A DNA stretch of 64,000 nucleotides. Source: an uncultured Succinivibrionaceae bacterium. Lineage in GTDB: Bacteria; Pseudomonadota; Gammaproteobacteria; Enterobacterales; Succinivibrionaceae. Below are positions 36,644 through 49,153 of the stretch, piece after piece (the stretch's first letter is position 1; each line of letters opens with the position of its first letter). The stretch lies in contig CALXNU010000003.1 of NCBI GenBank assembly GCA_944389835.1, positions 730-64,729 on the forward strand. Direction: 5' to 3'. The notes under the pieces were generated by a model. That model worked only from the letters and a program-made list of their open reading frames with translations, had not been told where the DNA came from and did not search any database. The position numbers and the translations under genes are program-made.

Positions 36644-38107
36644 TTGAAGCAGCACAAGGCTTTAGTAAAAAAGCAAGGCCAATCAAAATTGGTCTTAACA
36701 TCGGATCAACATCCGATCACTAACTCAAATTTTTCAAAAGCTGCCTTAAAAACTTGTGACGTTTTACAAAAACATGGGTTTAGTGCCTACCTAGTTGGTG
36801 GTTGCATTCGTGATCTCTTACTTGGGATCAAGCCTAAAGATTTTGATATTGCAACTAATGCCACTCCTGAGAAAGTACACAATATTTTCTCCTCCTCGCG
36901 TATCATAGGTCGTCGCTTTAAAATTGTACATGTGCTCTATGGCAATGAAATCATTGAAGTTACTACCTTCAGAAGCAACGAACAAACTAAAAGCCGCCGC
37001 GGTACTACCGTCTCTGACGGACATGGCATGTTAGTTAGAGATAATTCCTATGGTCAGGATATTGATGAGGATTGCAATCGTCGCGATTTCACCATTAATG
37101 CTATCTACTATGATCCAAAAGATGGCACTTTAACTGACTTCCATGGTGGTTTATACGATCTAAAACATGGCATTATTGATATCATAGGCGATCCTGAAGT
37201 ACGTTATGCAGAAGATCCTGTGCGTATCATAAGAGCCATTCGCTTTAAAGCAAAATTGGGCTTTAAACTTTCCAAGCGTACTGAAGATCCAATTGCCAAG
37301 CAAAAGTCACTTTTAATTAATATCTCTAATGCACGTATGTTTGAGGAAGTAAACAAGCTCTTCCTCTCAGGTCATGGGCAGGCCTCCTTAAATGAGCTTA
37401 TCGACTATGATCTCTTACGTCTTTTAATGCCAGGACAAAGAAGTGTTGTAACTGACAGTGAATTTCATGACTTTGTCTCCTATGCTTTAGAATCCTCTGA
37501 TGCAAGAACTGCACGTGGGCAAATGAATAAGCCCTATTTCTTGTATGCAGTCTTATTATTTACTAAGGTCAGAAGCATTTTAGAGCAACAAAGTGCCAGT
37601 TTAGGTAGTATCACCTATCCTGAGGAATTAGTGGTGCAAACGGCACAACAGGTATTAAATACCCAAAATGCCGCAACTGATATTCCATCTGCCATTTACT
37701 ATGATATAAGCTCTTTGTATGTCTTATATTTCTCACTTTTTAGTCCCTTTATCACTCAAGAGGAATTAGAGAAAATCACCTCTAACTCCCGCTTTAGAGC
37801 CTCTTATGACTTATTAAAATTAAGAGCCCACTTTGAGCCTTCCCTTGAGCCTTATGTGGAATTTTATAAGCCATACTATGATGAAAGTGCTTTAAAGGCT
37901 GAGACTTTGCGCCAAAAGAAAATTGCCAAACGCAATGAAAAGCGTCAGCAAAAGCGTGATGCAATGAATGCGTTTAAGAAAGATGCGCAAAGCAAAAATG
38001 AGAAGAAAGCTAAAAGTGAGAGCTTTAGCAAAGATAGCGCTCAAGATAGACAAGAGCGACTTGCCAAAGCCCGTGCTTGGCGTATTGCGATGAATTTGGA
38101 CCCGTAA
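36644..38107 (+). CDS. pcnB: Poly(A) polymerase I
   Basis: 487 aa with a non-ATG (TTG) start in the track. Contains GGCIRDLLLG..DFDIATNA and RRDFTINA motifs and a K/R-rich C-terminus. Confidence 0.9.
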   Translation: MKQHKALVKKQGQSKLVLTSDQHPITNSNFSKAALKTCDVLQKHGFSAYLVGGCIRDLLLGIKPKDFDIATNATPEKVHNIFSSSRIIGRRFKIVHVLYGNEIIEVTTFRSNEQTKSRRGTTVSDGHGMLVRDNSYGQDIDEDCNRRDFTINAIYYDPKDGTLTDFHGGLYDLKHGIIDIIGDPEVRYAEDPVRIIRAIRFKAKLGFKLSKRTEDPIAKQKSLLINISNARMFEEVNKLFLSGHGQASLNELIDYDLLRLLMPGQRSVVTDSEFHDFVSYALESSDARTARGQMNKPYFLYAVLLFTKVRSILEQQSASLGSITYPEELVVQTAQQVLNTQNAATDIPSAIYYDISSLYVLYFSLFSPFITQEELEKITSNSRFRASYDLLKLRAHFEPSLEPYVEFYKPYYDESALKAETLRQKKIAKRNEKRQQKRDAMNAFKKDAQSKNEKKAKSESFSKDSAQDRQERLAKARAWRIAMNLDP

Positions 38108-38595
38108 TGCAAAAAGCACTGATATCCCTAGGATCTAACCTTGGGGAGAGCCTTTTAACCATTGAAAACGCCCTTAATGAAATTGCAAAGCTTGAGGGCG
38201 TAAGACTTCTTGCACGCTCTGCGCTTTATCAAACTAAGCCTTGGGGTTTTAGTGAGCAAAACGATTTTATTAATGCCCTCTGTGAGATTGAGACCTCTTT
38301 ATCTCCACTTAAGCTTTTAGAGGCCCTACAAGGTCTTGAGCAAAAGTTTTTTAGAGTAAGATCTGAAAATCACTATGGTCCGCGCACCTTAGACCTTGAT
38401 ATTATTGATTTTCAAGAATTAATTTTAGATGATCCTAAACTTACTCTCCCCCACCCACGGGCTAAACTTCGCGCTTTTGTCTTAAAGCCCTTAGTTGATT
38501 TAAAAGGCGATTATACCTTCGCCAATGGTGATAAAGCTTTAAGCTTACTTCAAGCTCTACCTTCAAGTGAGCTTGAGGGAATTAAAAAGTTATAG
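38107..38595 (+). CDS. folK: 2-amino-4-hydroxy-6-hydroxymethyldihydropteridine diphosphokinase
   Basis: I chose the start MQKALISLGSNLG, where the ATG overlaps the pcnB stop (TAATG). The product is 162 aa and contains RTLDLDI. Confidence 0.9.
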   Translation: MQKALISLGSNLGESLLTIENALNEIAKLEGVRLLARSALYQTKPWGFSEQNDFINALCEIETSLSPLKLLEALQGLEQKFFRVRSENHYGPRTLDLDIIDFQELILDDPKLTLPHPRAKLRAFVLKPLVDLKGDYTFANGDKALSLLQALPSSELEGIKKL

Positions 38596-38603
38596 GTTTT
38601 TTA

Positions 38604-39212
38604 ATGGCAAATAATAAAGCAGATCTAGCCTTGATTGTAGGTCTTGGCAATGTTGGGGCAAAATACGATCACACTCGCCATAATATGGGCGTTGATCTTC
38701 TAAATCTTATTGCTGATGCCTATAAGATTAATTTAGTCCCAGAAAGTAAATTTGCAGGCCTTGTAGGTCGAGGTACGATTGAAAGACATGACGTGCGTCT
38801 TGCCTTCCCTACCACCTTTATGAATGAATCAGGTCGCTGTGTGGGAGCTTTATGTACTTTCTATCGCATCGCCCCAGAGCAAGTTTTAGTCTTACACGAT
38901 GAAATGGATTTAAATCCAGGTGCTATAAGACTTAAATTTGGGGGTGGTCTTGCAGGTCACAATGGGCTTAAAAGCATAAGTGCCGCTTTAGGTAATAGCC
39001 AGAATTTCTGGCGCTTGAGAATTGGCATTGGCAAAGGTCGAGGCGAGGTGATAAGTCATGTGCTCTCCCGTCCCGATCCTCACGATCGCGCCTTAATTGA
39101 TGAGGCTTTAGATGGTGCCTTTTTAGGCATACAGATCCTCTTTAAACAAGGTCCTGACAAGGCAATGCAAGTCATAAATGGTTTTAAAACTGCAAAATTT
39201 GCAAAGGAGTAG
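38604..39212 (+). CDS. pth: Peptidyl-tRNA hydrolase
   Basis: 202 aa; contains [20 protein letters not shown] and [11 protein letters not shown]. Confidence 0.95.
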   Translation: MANNKADLALIVGLGNVGAKYDHTRHNMGVDLLNLIADAYKINLVPESKFAGLVGRGTIERHDVRLAFPTTFMNESGRCVGALCTFYRIAPEQVLVLHDEMDLNPGAIRLKFGGGLAGHNGLKSISAALGNSQNFWRLRIGIGKGRGEVISHVLSRPDPHDRALIDEALDGAFLGIQILFKQGPDKAMQVINGFKTAKFAKE

Positions 39213-39214
39213 TT

Positions 39215-40312
39215 ATGGGTTTTAATTGCGGCATTGTAGGTTTACCAAATGTGGGCAAATCAACTTTATTTAATGCCTTAACTAAAGCGGGAATTGCCGC
39301 TGAGAATTTCCCTTTTTGCACCATTGAGCCAAACACCGGTATCGTTCCAGTACCAGATGAGAGACTTAATGCCATCGCCAAAATTGTAAAACCTGCCAAA
39401 ATTGTCCCTACAGCCATGGAATTTGTGGATATTGCAGGTTTAGTAAAAGGCGCTTCAAAAGGTGAGGGTTTGGGCAATCAGTTTTTAATGAATATTCGTG
39501 AAACTGATGCCATAGCTCACGTAGTACGCTGCTTTGACGATGAAAACGTCATTCACGTCTCAGGTCGCGTCAATCCTATTGATGACATTGAAGTTATCAA
39601 CACCGAGCTTGCGCTTGCTGACTTAGAGGTTTGTGACAAGGCTCTTGCCCGTCTTGAAAAAAGAGCTCGCACTGGTGGTGATAAAGAGGCTTTAGCACAA
39701 GTTATTGCCCTTGAGAAGGCTAAAAAAGCTTTAGAAGAAGATAAGATGTTGCGCCAAGTTGAGTTTACTAAAGAAGACTTACTTGCCATGCGCGGCTTTA
39801 ACTTCTTAACTTTAAAGCCTGTCATGTACATTGCTAACGTCAGCGAAGATGGTTTTGAAAACAATCCTTATTTAGATGAAGTCAAAGCCTATGCCCAAAA
39901 GGAAGGCTCAATTGCCGTTCCAGTATCTGCTGCCATTGAAGCTGATTTAGCTTCCATGGAAGAGGATGAGAGACGTGAGTTTATGGAGAGCATGGGTCTT
40001 GAAGAGCCAGGTTTAAACCGTGTGATCCGTGCAGGCTATAAGCTTTTAGGTCTTCAAACCTTCTTTACCGCAGGTCCTAAGGAAGTTAGAGCCTGGACAG
40101 TTAAAGTAGGTGCCACCGCTCCTCAGGCAGCTGGTAAAATCCACTCAGACTTTGAAAAAGGCTTTATTCGTGCACAAACTATAGCTTATGATGATTTTAT
40201 CAAATATAATGGTGAGGTTGGTGCTAAAGAGGCCGGTAAGCTTAGATCTGAAGGAAAAGATTATATTGTTCAAGATGGGGATCTCTTTGAGTTCCTTTTT
40301 AATGTAAAATAG
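39215..40312 (+). CDS. ychF: Ribosome-binding ATPase YchF
   Basis: 365 aa with P-loop [18 protein letters not shown] and a TGS-like C-terminus. pth-ychF adjacency matches E. coli. Confidence 0.96.
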   Translation: MGFNCGIVGLPNVGKSTLFNALTKAGIAAENFPFCTIEPNTGIVPVPDERLNAIAKIVKPAKIVPTAMEFVDIAGLVKGASKGEGLGNQFLMNIRETDAIAHVVRCFDDENVIHVSGRVNPIDDIEVINTELALADLEVCDKALARLEKRARTGGDKEALAQVIALEKAKKALEEDKMLRQVEFTKEDLLAMRGFNFLTLKPVMYIANVSEDGFENNPYLDEVKAYAQKEGSIAVPVSAAIEADLASMEEDERREFMESMGLEEPGLNRVIRAGYKLLGLQTFFTAGPKEVRAWTVKVGATAPQAAGKIHSDFEKGFIRAQTIAYDDFIKYNGEVGAKEAGKLRSEGKDYIVQDGDLFEFLFNVK

Positions 40313-40341
40313 TAACCGAATAATTTTGTACCTCATATAAC

Positions 40342-40378
40342 AAAAATCCGCATTTTTGCGTGCGGATTTTTGTTTTTT
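40342..40378 (+). terminator. Intrinsic terminator of ychF
   Basis: An 11-bp stem AAAAATCCGCA/TGCGGATTTTT is followed by GTTTTTT. Confidence 0.85.
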
Positions 40379-40540
40379 AAGTTTTTCCCCACCTATTCTT
40401 CAAAAACTCCCACAAATCTTATTGATATATAAAGAAAAAATGTTTTAATAAAATAAAGAAGCCTCAAGCTTTATGCCAAAGTCATTCTTGTCAGACAAGA
40501 ATCCTATTAAGACTTAAGGTCAAACTTTACTTAAGGGTCT

Positions 40541-40566
40541 AAATGAAAAATCCGCCTTAAGGCGGA
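40541..40566 (-). terminator. Intrinsic terminator of the UspE-like gene
   Basis: TCCGCC-TTAA-GGCGGA is followed on the minus strand by TTTTTCATTT. Confidence 0.7.
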
Positions 40567-40595
40567 CTTTGTAAGAGGTAAATTTACAAGATAAG

Positions 40596-41522
40596 CTATT
40601 TATTGCTCTCAAGACGGGCTTTTTCAGCCTCAATGGTCTTTTGTACGTCATTGACGATGAAAAGATCACCTTTAATTTGCTCTAAGACTAATTCACTTGC
40701 ACTTGAATTAATAGAAGCTAAAAGGCCATTGCGATTTGAGGTTCCCATACAGACCATACGTGCATCAAGTTTGGCACATAAACGTGGGATCTCCTCATCA
40801 ACTCTACCTATCACTACATGAGTATGTTCTAAAGGAATATTATGCTTAGTAGCATACTCTTGTAAGAGCTTATCGTGCATATCTTTTCTTGAGACTTCAC
40901 CTACGGTATTTCTAAACACCGGAGGCATGGAGGTGTTACCTGAGATTAAGCCTCTGTGTAATGGTGAGACGCAATTTACGACATGCAATTCACCATTAAA
41001 CTCATCGGCAAAGACCTTAGCTGAATAGAAAAGCACTTCATCTAAATCTTTTTGATGATCTTCTTCCTCAAAGTCAATGGCAAGTAAAATGGCACGTCCC
41101 AACTTTTGAGTAGCATCGACATTTTTAACTACTAAAAGTGGTACTTCAATTTTACGCATGATGGAAAAATCAATTGTGCTTGCAAACAGATCTCTTATGG
41201 TATTGCGTTTATTAGCTGAGATAATTGCTAATTGATACTTACCATCATGAGCCTCTTTAACAAAAGCCTCAGGGACGTTTTTGCTAAAAATAACCCTTGG
41301 GGTGAAATGTTTAATACTAGGATGTGCTTTAGCAATTGCTAAAAGCTCCTGATGAGCCTGATTTTCTAATGAAGGCTTAGTAATTTCATCATATTCATTA
41401 ATAATGCGGCAAGCTGCAACCTCTACATCCGGCATAAACCGTGCACAATCCGAGGCGCGTTCAATTGCAGGTTGGACTTCTGCTCCCGGCTTTAAGAGTA
41501 CTAGTACTTTGTAGTTGTTCAT
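40596..41522 (-). CDS. uspE: Tandem-domain universal stress protein (UspE-like)
   Basis: About 308 aa from the ATG MNNYKVLVLL (the track uses an upstream GTG at 41531). It has two Usp-like halves, and the second ends ..MVCMGTSNRNGLLASINSSASELVLEQIKGDLFIV. Confidence 0.65.
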   Translation of the reverse strand: MNNYKVLVLLKPGAEVQPAIERASDCARFMPDVEVAACRIINEYDEITKPSLENQAHQELLAIAKAHPSIKHFTPRVIFSKNVPEAFVKEAHDGKYQLAIISANKRNTIRDLFASTIDFSIMRKIEVPLLVVKNVDATQKLGRAILLAIDFEEEDHQKDLDEVLFYSAKVFADEFNGELHVVNCVSPLHRGLISGNTSMPPVFRNTVGEVSRKDMHDKLLQEYATKHNIPLEHTHVVIGRVDEEIPRLCAKLDARMVCMGTSNRNGLLASINSSASELVLEQIKGDLFIVNDVQKTIEAEKARLESNK

Positions 41523-41822
41523 AGCTCCCACCTTTCTTCCTTATGTTCTCTCTTACAAACGGCCCTCCGAGTGCAAGATCAAGACAACTGCCCATACTTA
41601 ACTTTAGAACAAATTAAGGAAATTTATTAAGTTAAAGAGCATTTTTATCGTTTTTCTTTCAAGAAATTCAACCTAGATCTCATTTTTTATTTGATTGTCC
41701 GCAATTGAGGATTTTTGCACTAAAAAAGCTCAAACTTATAACTTTGTGCACCAACGCACAACTTTTGCGCATTTTGGCAACTTTAGTTCTAAAATCTAAA
41801 GCTTCTTAATAACGAGGTTTAT

Positions 41823-43274
41823 ATGACTGAGACTTTGCTTTGGCAAGATGCCCTATATCAAGTAAAAAACGATTTTAAAATCAGGATTAAATCCTTTAGT
41901 TTAAGGCCCTCTGAGTTATGTGTCCTCATAGGTCGCAACGGTTGTGGTAAAAGTACTTTAGCTTATGCGCTTGCAGGACGTTGTAATCTCCTTGAAGGTG
42001 TAGCTCCTAAAAATTTAAAACCAGCTTTAGTCTCTTTTGAAGATCAGCAAAAACTTTTTGAAGATGACTTTAACTTTAGAAATACCGATACTGCCAATGA
42101 AAAAGAAGAATTAGGCTTTTGTGTCTGTGATTTAATTGAAAAAAGTGAAGTGACATCTCAGGTAATTGAAGCTTTGCGCCTTCAAAACTTACTTTCAAGA
42201 CCCATTCGTACCCTCTCAGGTGGTGAAGGTCGTAAGGTCTTAATTGCCAAAGCCTTATGCCAAAATCCAGATCTTTTAATTTTAGATGCGCCTTTTGATG
42301 CCTTAGATGTTAAATCCCGTGAGGCCTTACTTGAGATCATCGCTTTTATTCATGAAAACTTTAAAACCCCAGTGGTTTTAATGGTAAATCGCCAAGATGA
42401 AATCCCTAAGTGCACCACAACTTTAGGCCTTATTGAAAAGCTTGAGATTAAAAAGTATGGTGATTTTAAGAGCATGAAAGAAGATCCAGATTTAAAGCAA
42501 ATCTTAGATCTTAAAGATGAAAAGATTAAAACCCTGCCTCAAGCTCCAGTTAAATTTAGGGTAAAAGATCTTGCAGGAGAGGTCTTAGTTGATCTTAAAA
42601 ATATCAACATCACCTATGATAGAGAAATTTTTAAAAACTTTAATTTTAAAGTTAAAAAAGGCGATCACTATTTAATTACCGGACCTAATGGCGCGGGCAA
42701 ATCCACCCTTTTATCTTTAATTACCGGGGATAATCCTTTAGTTTATGCCAATGACGTTACCGTCTTTGGTATGAAACGAGGCTCAGGTGAGTCAATTTGG
42801 GATATCAAGCAGTATTTGGGCTTTGTAAGCTCAGCCTTACACCTTGACTATCGCGTCTCAGCATCTGTGATTAAAGTTATTCTCTCAGGCTTTTTTGACT
42901 CCATTGGCCTTTATCAAGTCCCAGGTGATGAAGAGTTAAAAGTAGCCCATGAATGGCTTCAATTAATTGGTCTTGATAATGAGGCAACCAAATCTTTTAA
43001 AGAGCTCTCCTTTGGTCAGCAGCGTCTTATCTTAATTGTCAGAGCCTTAGTTAAAAATCCACCGCTTCTTATTTTAGATGAGCCACTACAAGGCTTAGAT
43101 GCCAAAGCCAGAGCACAGGTTAAATCCTTTATAAGCTACATTATGCAAAACTCCAATACCGCAGTTTTATTTGTCTCCCATCATGAAGAAGACTTCCCTG
43201 AAGGTATTAATCACACCCTAACCTTTGTCAAAGATGGCAAAGGTGGTTTTGAGGTTATAGAGAAAAAACTCTAA
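41823..43274 (+). CDS. modF: ModF-like double ABC ATPase (no membrane domain)
   Basis: 483 aa with two Walker A loops (GRNGCGKST, GPNGAGKST) and two LSGG/LSFGQQ signatures. From my recollection of E. coli ModF it is colinear, for example LITGDNP..GSGESIWDIKQYLGFVSSALHLDYRVS. Confidence 0.8.
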   Translation: MTETLLWQDALYQVKNDFKIRIKSFSLRPSELCVLIGRNGCGKSTLAYALAGRCNLLEGVAPKNLKPALVSFEDQQKLFEDDFNFRNTDTANEKEELGFCVCDLIEKSEVTSQVIEALRLQNLLSRPIRTLSGGEGRKVLIAKALCQNPDLLILDAPFDALDVKSREALLEIIAFIHENFKTPVVLMVNRQDEIPKCTTTLGLIEKLEIKKYGDFKSMKEDPDLKQILDLKDEKIKTLPQAPVKFRVKDLAGEVLVDLKNINITYDREIFKNFNFKVKKGDHYLITGPNGAGKSTLLSLITGDNPLVYANDVTVFGMKRGSGESIWDIKQYLGFVSSALHLDYRVSASVIKVILSGFFDSIGLYQVPGDEELKVAHEWLQLIGLDNEATKSFKELSFGQQRLILIVRALVKNPPLLILDEPLQGLDAKARAQVKSFISYIMQNSNTAVLFVSHHEEDFPEGINHTLTFVKDGKGGFEVIEKKL

Positions 43275-43449
43275 AAATCAGGGCTTTGCAAAACGTGGGC
43301 TTTTTGTAAAACTAAAATTTTGCAAAAAGCCTTAATTTTGTAAAATTTTCTCTTCCCCAAAAGAGTGCAAAAATAAAAGATTTTGAAATCATTTACCATT
43401 GATTTTAAAGAAAATTTAAAGATTTTTAAATTTATTTTGAAAAATCACG

Positions 43450-43478
43450 TTGACTGCATAATTTAAGAGTTTTACACT
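43450..43478 (+). promoter_or_regulatory. leu operon promoter
   Basis: TTGACT, a 17-nt spacer and TACACT (43473-43478), about 35 nt upstream of the leader peptide ATG. Confidence 0.55.
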
Positions 43479-43511
43479 TACTTTGAATTTCAAATTTTAA
43501 GGATTTTGCAA

Positions 43512-43568
43512 ATGGCAAGTTTAAGACTCCTACTTTCATGGCACTTATTATTAAGCTTTAAAGCTTAG
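43512..43568 (+). CDS. leuL: leu operon leader peptide (MASLRLLLSWHLLLSFKA)
   Basis: An 18-codon ORF with 7 Leu, including two runs of three. It lies between the promoter and a terminator, directly upstream of leuA. Confidence 0.7.
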   Translation: MASLRLLLSWHLLLSFKA

Positions 43569-43589
43569 GGGCTTTGACTTGACTTTAAC

Positions 43590-43616
43590 GCCCCTTAAAG
43601 GGGTTTTTTATTTTTT
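43590..43616 (+). terminator. leu attenuator terminator
   Basis: CCCCT-TAA-AGGGG is followed by TTTTTTATTTTTT. The upstream GGGGC (43568-43572) can alternatively pair with GCCCC (43590-43594), giving anti-terminator logic. Confidence 0.7.
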
Positions 43617-43631
43617 AGAAGAGATAAAAAA

Positions 43632-46285
<2,654 letters not shown>

Positions 46286-46296
46286 GAGCTTTAAAA

Positions 46297-47697
46297 ATGG
46301 GTAAGACTTTATATCAAAAGGTATACGACAGCCACATTGTCTTCCAAAAGGAAGGCGAATTGCCGACTATCTATATTGACCGTCATTTAGTACACGAAGT
46401 AACCTCCCCACAAGCCTTTGCAGGTTTGGAGATTGCTCATCGTAAATTGCGCCGTCCAGATCTGACCTTAGCCACTATGGATCATGACATTTCAACTAAA
46501 GAGTTGAAAATTGAAGCCTCATCTCCAATGGCTCAAGAACAGATGCGCACTTTAATGAAAAATGCCAAGGAATTTGATGTCACCCTCTATCCAATCGGTG
46601 ATGACAATCAAGGTATTGTGCATATCATAGGCCCACAAACTGGCTTTACCTTACCTGGTACTACCTTAGTTTGTGGTGACTCCCACACTGCAACTCATGG
46701 TGCTTTTGGTGCTTTAGCCTTTGGTATTGGTACCTCTGAAGTTGAGCACGTCATGGCCACTCAGACCTTAAAACAAGGCAGACTTAAGACCATGAAGATT
46801 GAGTGCACCGGCACTTTACCTAAAGGTTGCTATGCTAAGGATTTAATTTTAGCCATCATCGGAAAGCTTACTACCGCAGGTGGTACTGGCTATTGTGTAG
46901 AGTTTTGTGGTGAAGCCGTAAGAGCTTTATCCATGGAAGGTCGTATGACCTTATCTAATATGGCCATCGAATTTGGTGCTACCGCTGGTATGATTGCTCC
47001 AGATGAGACTACCTTTGAGTACATTAAAGGCAGAATGTTTGCACCAAAGGGTGAGGACTTTGAAAAGGCTGTTGAGTATTGGAAGACCTTAAAATCAGAT
47101 GAGGATGCCGTCTTTGATAAGGTGGTAACTCTTGATGCCTCAAAGCTTGAGCCACAATTAACTTGGGGTACCAACCCAGGTCAAGAGTGTGCTATTACCG
47201 ATATCGTACCAGCACCATCTGACTATCAAGATCCAGTGGTAAGCAAGTCTTGTGCAAGCGCCCTCTCCTATATTGGAGTTGAGCCACACAAGCCAATTAA
47301 AGGCTATAAAGTAGATTATGTCTTCATAGGTTCCTGCACTAATGGTCGTATTGAAGACTTTAGAGCCGCCGCAGAAGTTCTTAAAGGCCGTAAGGTAAAA
47401 GAAGGTGTCATTGCTTTAGCAGTTCCAGGCTCCATGTGGGTTAAAAAGCAGGCTGAAAAAGAAGGTTTGGATAAGATCTTTATTGAAGCAGGCTTTGAGT
47501 GGAGACAACCTGGTTGCTCAATGTGCCTTGCTATGAATGATGATAAGGCTCCAGAAGGTGCTAGAGTTGCTTCAACTTCAAACCGTAACTTCGTTGGCCG
47601 TCAAGGTAAAGGATCTAAGACTCATTTAATGAGCCCAGCCTCTGCTGCCGCTTGTGCCATTACAGGTTGCTTAACTGACGTGCGTGAGTATTTATAA
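46297..47697 (+). CDS. leuC: 3-isopropylmalate dehydratase large subunit
   Basis: 466 aa with aconitase-family motifs: VCGDSHT, GSCTNGR and CSMCLAMN. Confidence 0.97.
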   Translation: MGKTLYQKVYDSHIVFQKEGELPTIYIDRHLVHEVTSPQAFAGLEIAHRKLRRPDLTLATMDHDISTKELKIEASSPMAQEQMRTLMKNAKEFDVTLYPIGDDNQGIVHIIGPQTGFTLPGTTLVCGDSHTATHGAFGALAFGIGTSEVEHVMATQTLKQGRLKTMKIECTGTLPKGCYAKDLILAIIGKLTTAGGTGYCVEFCGEAVRALSMEGRMTLSNMAIEFGATAGMIAPDETTFEYIKGRMFAPKGEDFEKAVEYWKTLKSDEDAVFDKVVTLDASKLEPQLTWGTNPGQECAITDIVPAPSDYQDPVVSKSCASALSYIGVEPHKPIKGYKVDYVFIGSCTNGRIEDFRAAAEVLKGRKVKEGVIALAVPGSMWVKKQAEKEGLDKIFIEAGFEWRQPGCSMCLAMNDDKAPEGARVASTSNRNFVGRQGKGSKTHLMSPASAAACAITGCLTDVREYL

Positions 47698-47708
47698 GGG
47701 AAGGTTTT

Positions 47709-48320
47709 ATGCAAAAGTTTACCGTTCATGAAGGCGTAGCGGTCCCTCTTGACTCCGCCAACATTGATACCGATCAGATCATTCCAAAACAGTTCTTATT
47801 AGCTGTTTCAAGAAAGGGCTTTGGCGTACATTTATTCCATGATTGGCGTTATTTAGATGATGCCGAAACCAAGCCTAATCCTGAGTTTAACTTAAACAAA
47901 CCAGAGTTTAAGGGCGCTACCATCTTAGTTGCTCGTGATAACTTTGGTAATGGCTCCTCTCGTGAGCACGCTCCATGGGCCTTAATGGACTATGGCTTTA
48001 GAGCAGTAATTGCTCCATCTTTTGCCGTGATCTTCAACAACAATGCTTTAGGCAACGGTCTTTTAACCGTTAAGCTTACTGAAGATGAAGTAGATCAAAT
48101 CTTCAAAGCATTAGAAAAAGATCCTGGCATGAAAATTAAGATCTCTCTTGAAGATCAAACTGTCACCTGCGGTGATCTTAACTTTAAGTTTGAGTTAGAT
48201 CCTTTCCGTCGCCATTGCCTTTTAAATGGCTTAGACAGTATCGCCTTAACTTTAGAACATGAAGCTGACATTAAAGCTTATGAAAAAGCCATGCCTTCAT
48301 TTCTAAAAGGCGTAAAATAG
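47709..48320 (+). CDS. leuD: 3-isopropylmalate dehydratase small subunit
   Basis: 203 aa containing [15 protein letters not shown]. Confidence 0.96.
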   Translation: MQKFTVHEGVAVPLDSANIDTDQIIPKQFLLAVSRKGFGVHLFHDWRYLDDAETKPNPEFNLNKPEFKGATILVARDNFGNGSSREHAPWALMDYGFRAVIAPSFAVIFNNNALGNGLLTVKLTEDEVDQIFKALEKDPGMKIKISLEDQTVTCGDLNFKFELDPFRRHCLLNGLDSIALTLEHEADIKAYEKAMPSFLKGVK

Positions 48321-48344
48321 CAAAAAAGAACGAAAGAAAGATAA

Positions 48345-48369
48345 GAAGGCAGGCCAACCTGCCTTCTTT
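48345..48369 (+). terminator. Terminator hairpin after leuD
   Basis: GAAGGCAGG-CCAA-CCTGCCTTC is followed by TTTG. The T tract is short. Confidence 0.55.
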
Positions 48370-48523
48370 GAAACTCCTCACCAACCCTCACAATTCCCAC
48401 CTCTTAACCTTATTTTGTAGCGATCACATTTAGCACCTAAGATCACCGCAAAACAGCATTGTTATGCCATTCTCACGCTTTAATTTTTTTAGAGCTGTGC
48501 TACAAATTTTTAAATTGCACGAT

Positions 48524-48885
48524 CACTTAAAAAGATCTTCTTTGAAAATTCTAGCGGATCTTCTTACAAAATTTTACTTGTTAAATCAAACTAATCTGTG
48601 ACTTTAACCTAACCTTGGCACAGGAACATAGACTTTATCTCAAACAACCATTACTACTTCTTTAAAAAATCTTCTTTGGTAATTTTAGAGGATCTTCTTA
48701 CAAAGTTTTTCTTGTTAAATCAAATCAATCTGTAACTCTAACCTTACCTTACCTTACCTTACCTTAGCGCAGGAACATGAACATAGCCTTACCTCAAATC
48801 GCCTTCACTACTTCTTTAAAAGATCTTCTTTGATAATTTTAGAAGATCTTCTTACAAAGTTTTTCTTGTAAAATCAAATTAATAC
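48524..48885. repeat. Tandem repeat, about 2.6 units of 135-152 bp, in the leuD-galM gap
   Basis: Units start near 48524, 48658 and 48811. Each begins cttAAAAGATCTTCTTTGnnAATTnTAGnnGATCTTCTTACAAAnTTTTnCTTGTTAAATCAAA. The spacer part (..aggaacatag..ctcaaa..actacttc) is also conserved. Confidence 0.9.
48741..48765. repeat. (ACCTT)5 pentanucleotide microsatellite inside repeat unit 2
   Basis: Read directly as accttaccttaccttaccttacctt. Unit 1 has only aacctaacctt at the same place. Confidence 0.95.
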
Positions 48886-49050
48886 ACAAGCTTAAGCTTA
48901 CTTTTGCTAAGGAACATTATTGCAATTATTAAAGCTTCGACTTAACACCATCTTAGTTTAGAGGCGAGTATTAAGAAAAATACATCAATACCAAAAATTT
49001 TAAAGAGTTAGACAAGATATTTTAAGTTTAGAAGCTCTTTTTAAAACTTT

Positions 49051-49066
49051 GTGAAACCGTTTACAA
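49051..49066. promoter_or_regulatory. GalR/GalS-type (LacI-family) operator upstream of galM
   Basis: GTGAAACCGTTTACAA contains a perfect TGNAANCGNTTNCA core. It lies 88 nt upstream of the galM ATG. Confidence 0.55.
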
Positions 49067-49153
49067 TTTTCAAAAAGAGTACCTTTCAAACCCTTCTCTT
49101 GCTGTTAGCTATTGCTATAATGCAATCAATGTCAAGTTTGAATGAGGCCTATT

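Noticed and set aside
48421-48860. A GATC-rich, AT-rich repeat region with GATCTTCTT-type 13-mer look-alikes, considered as a replication origin (oriC).
   Set aside because: I found no DnaA boxes (TTATCCACA / TGTGGATAA or close variants) in the gap, and the context lacks dnaA, gidA or mioC. The GATC motifs are better explained as parts of the tandem repeat.
48524-48885. Tandem repeats considered as a CRISPR array.
   Set aside because: The units are 135-152 bp and contiguous, and the whole unit including its 'spacer' part is conserved between copies. There are no cas genes in the window.
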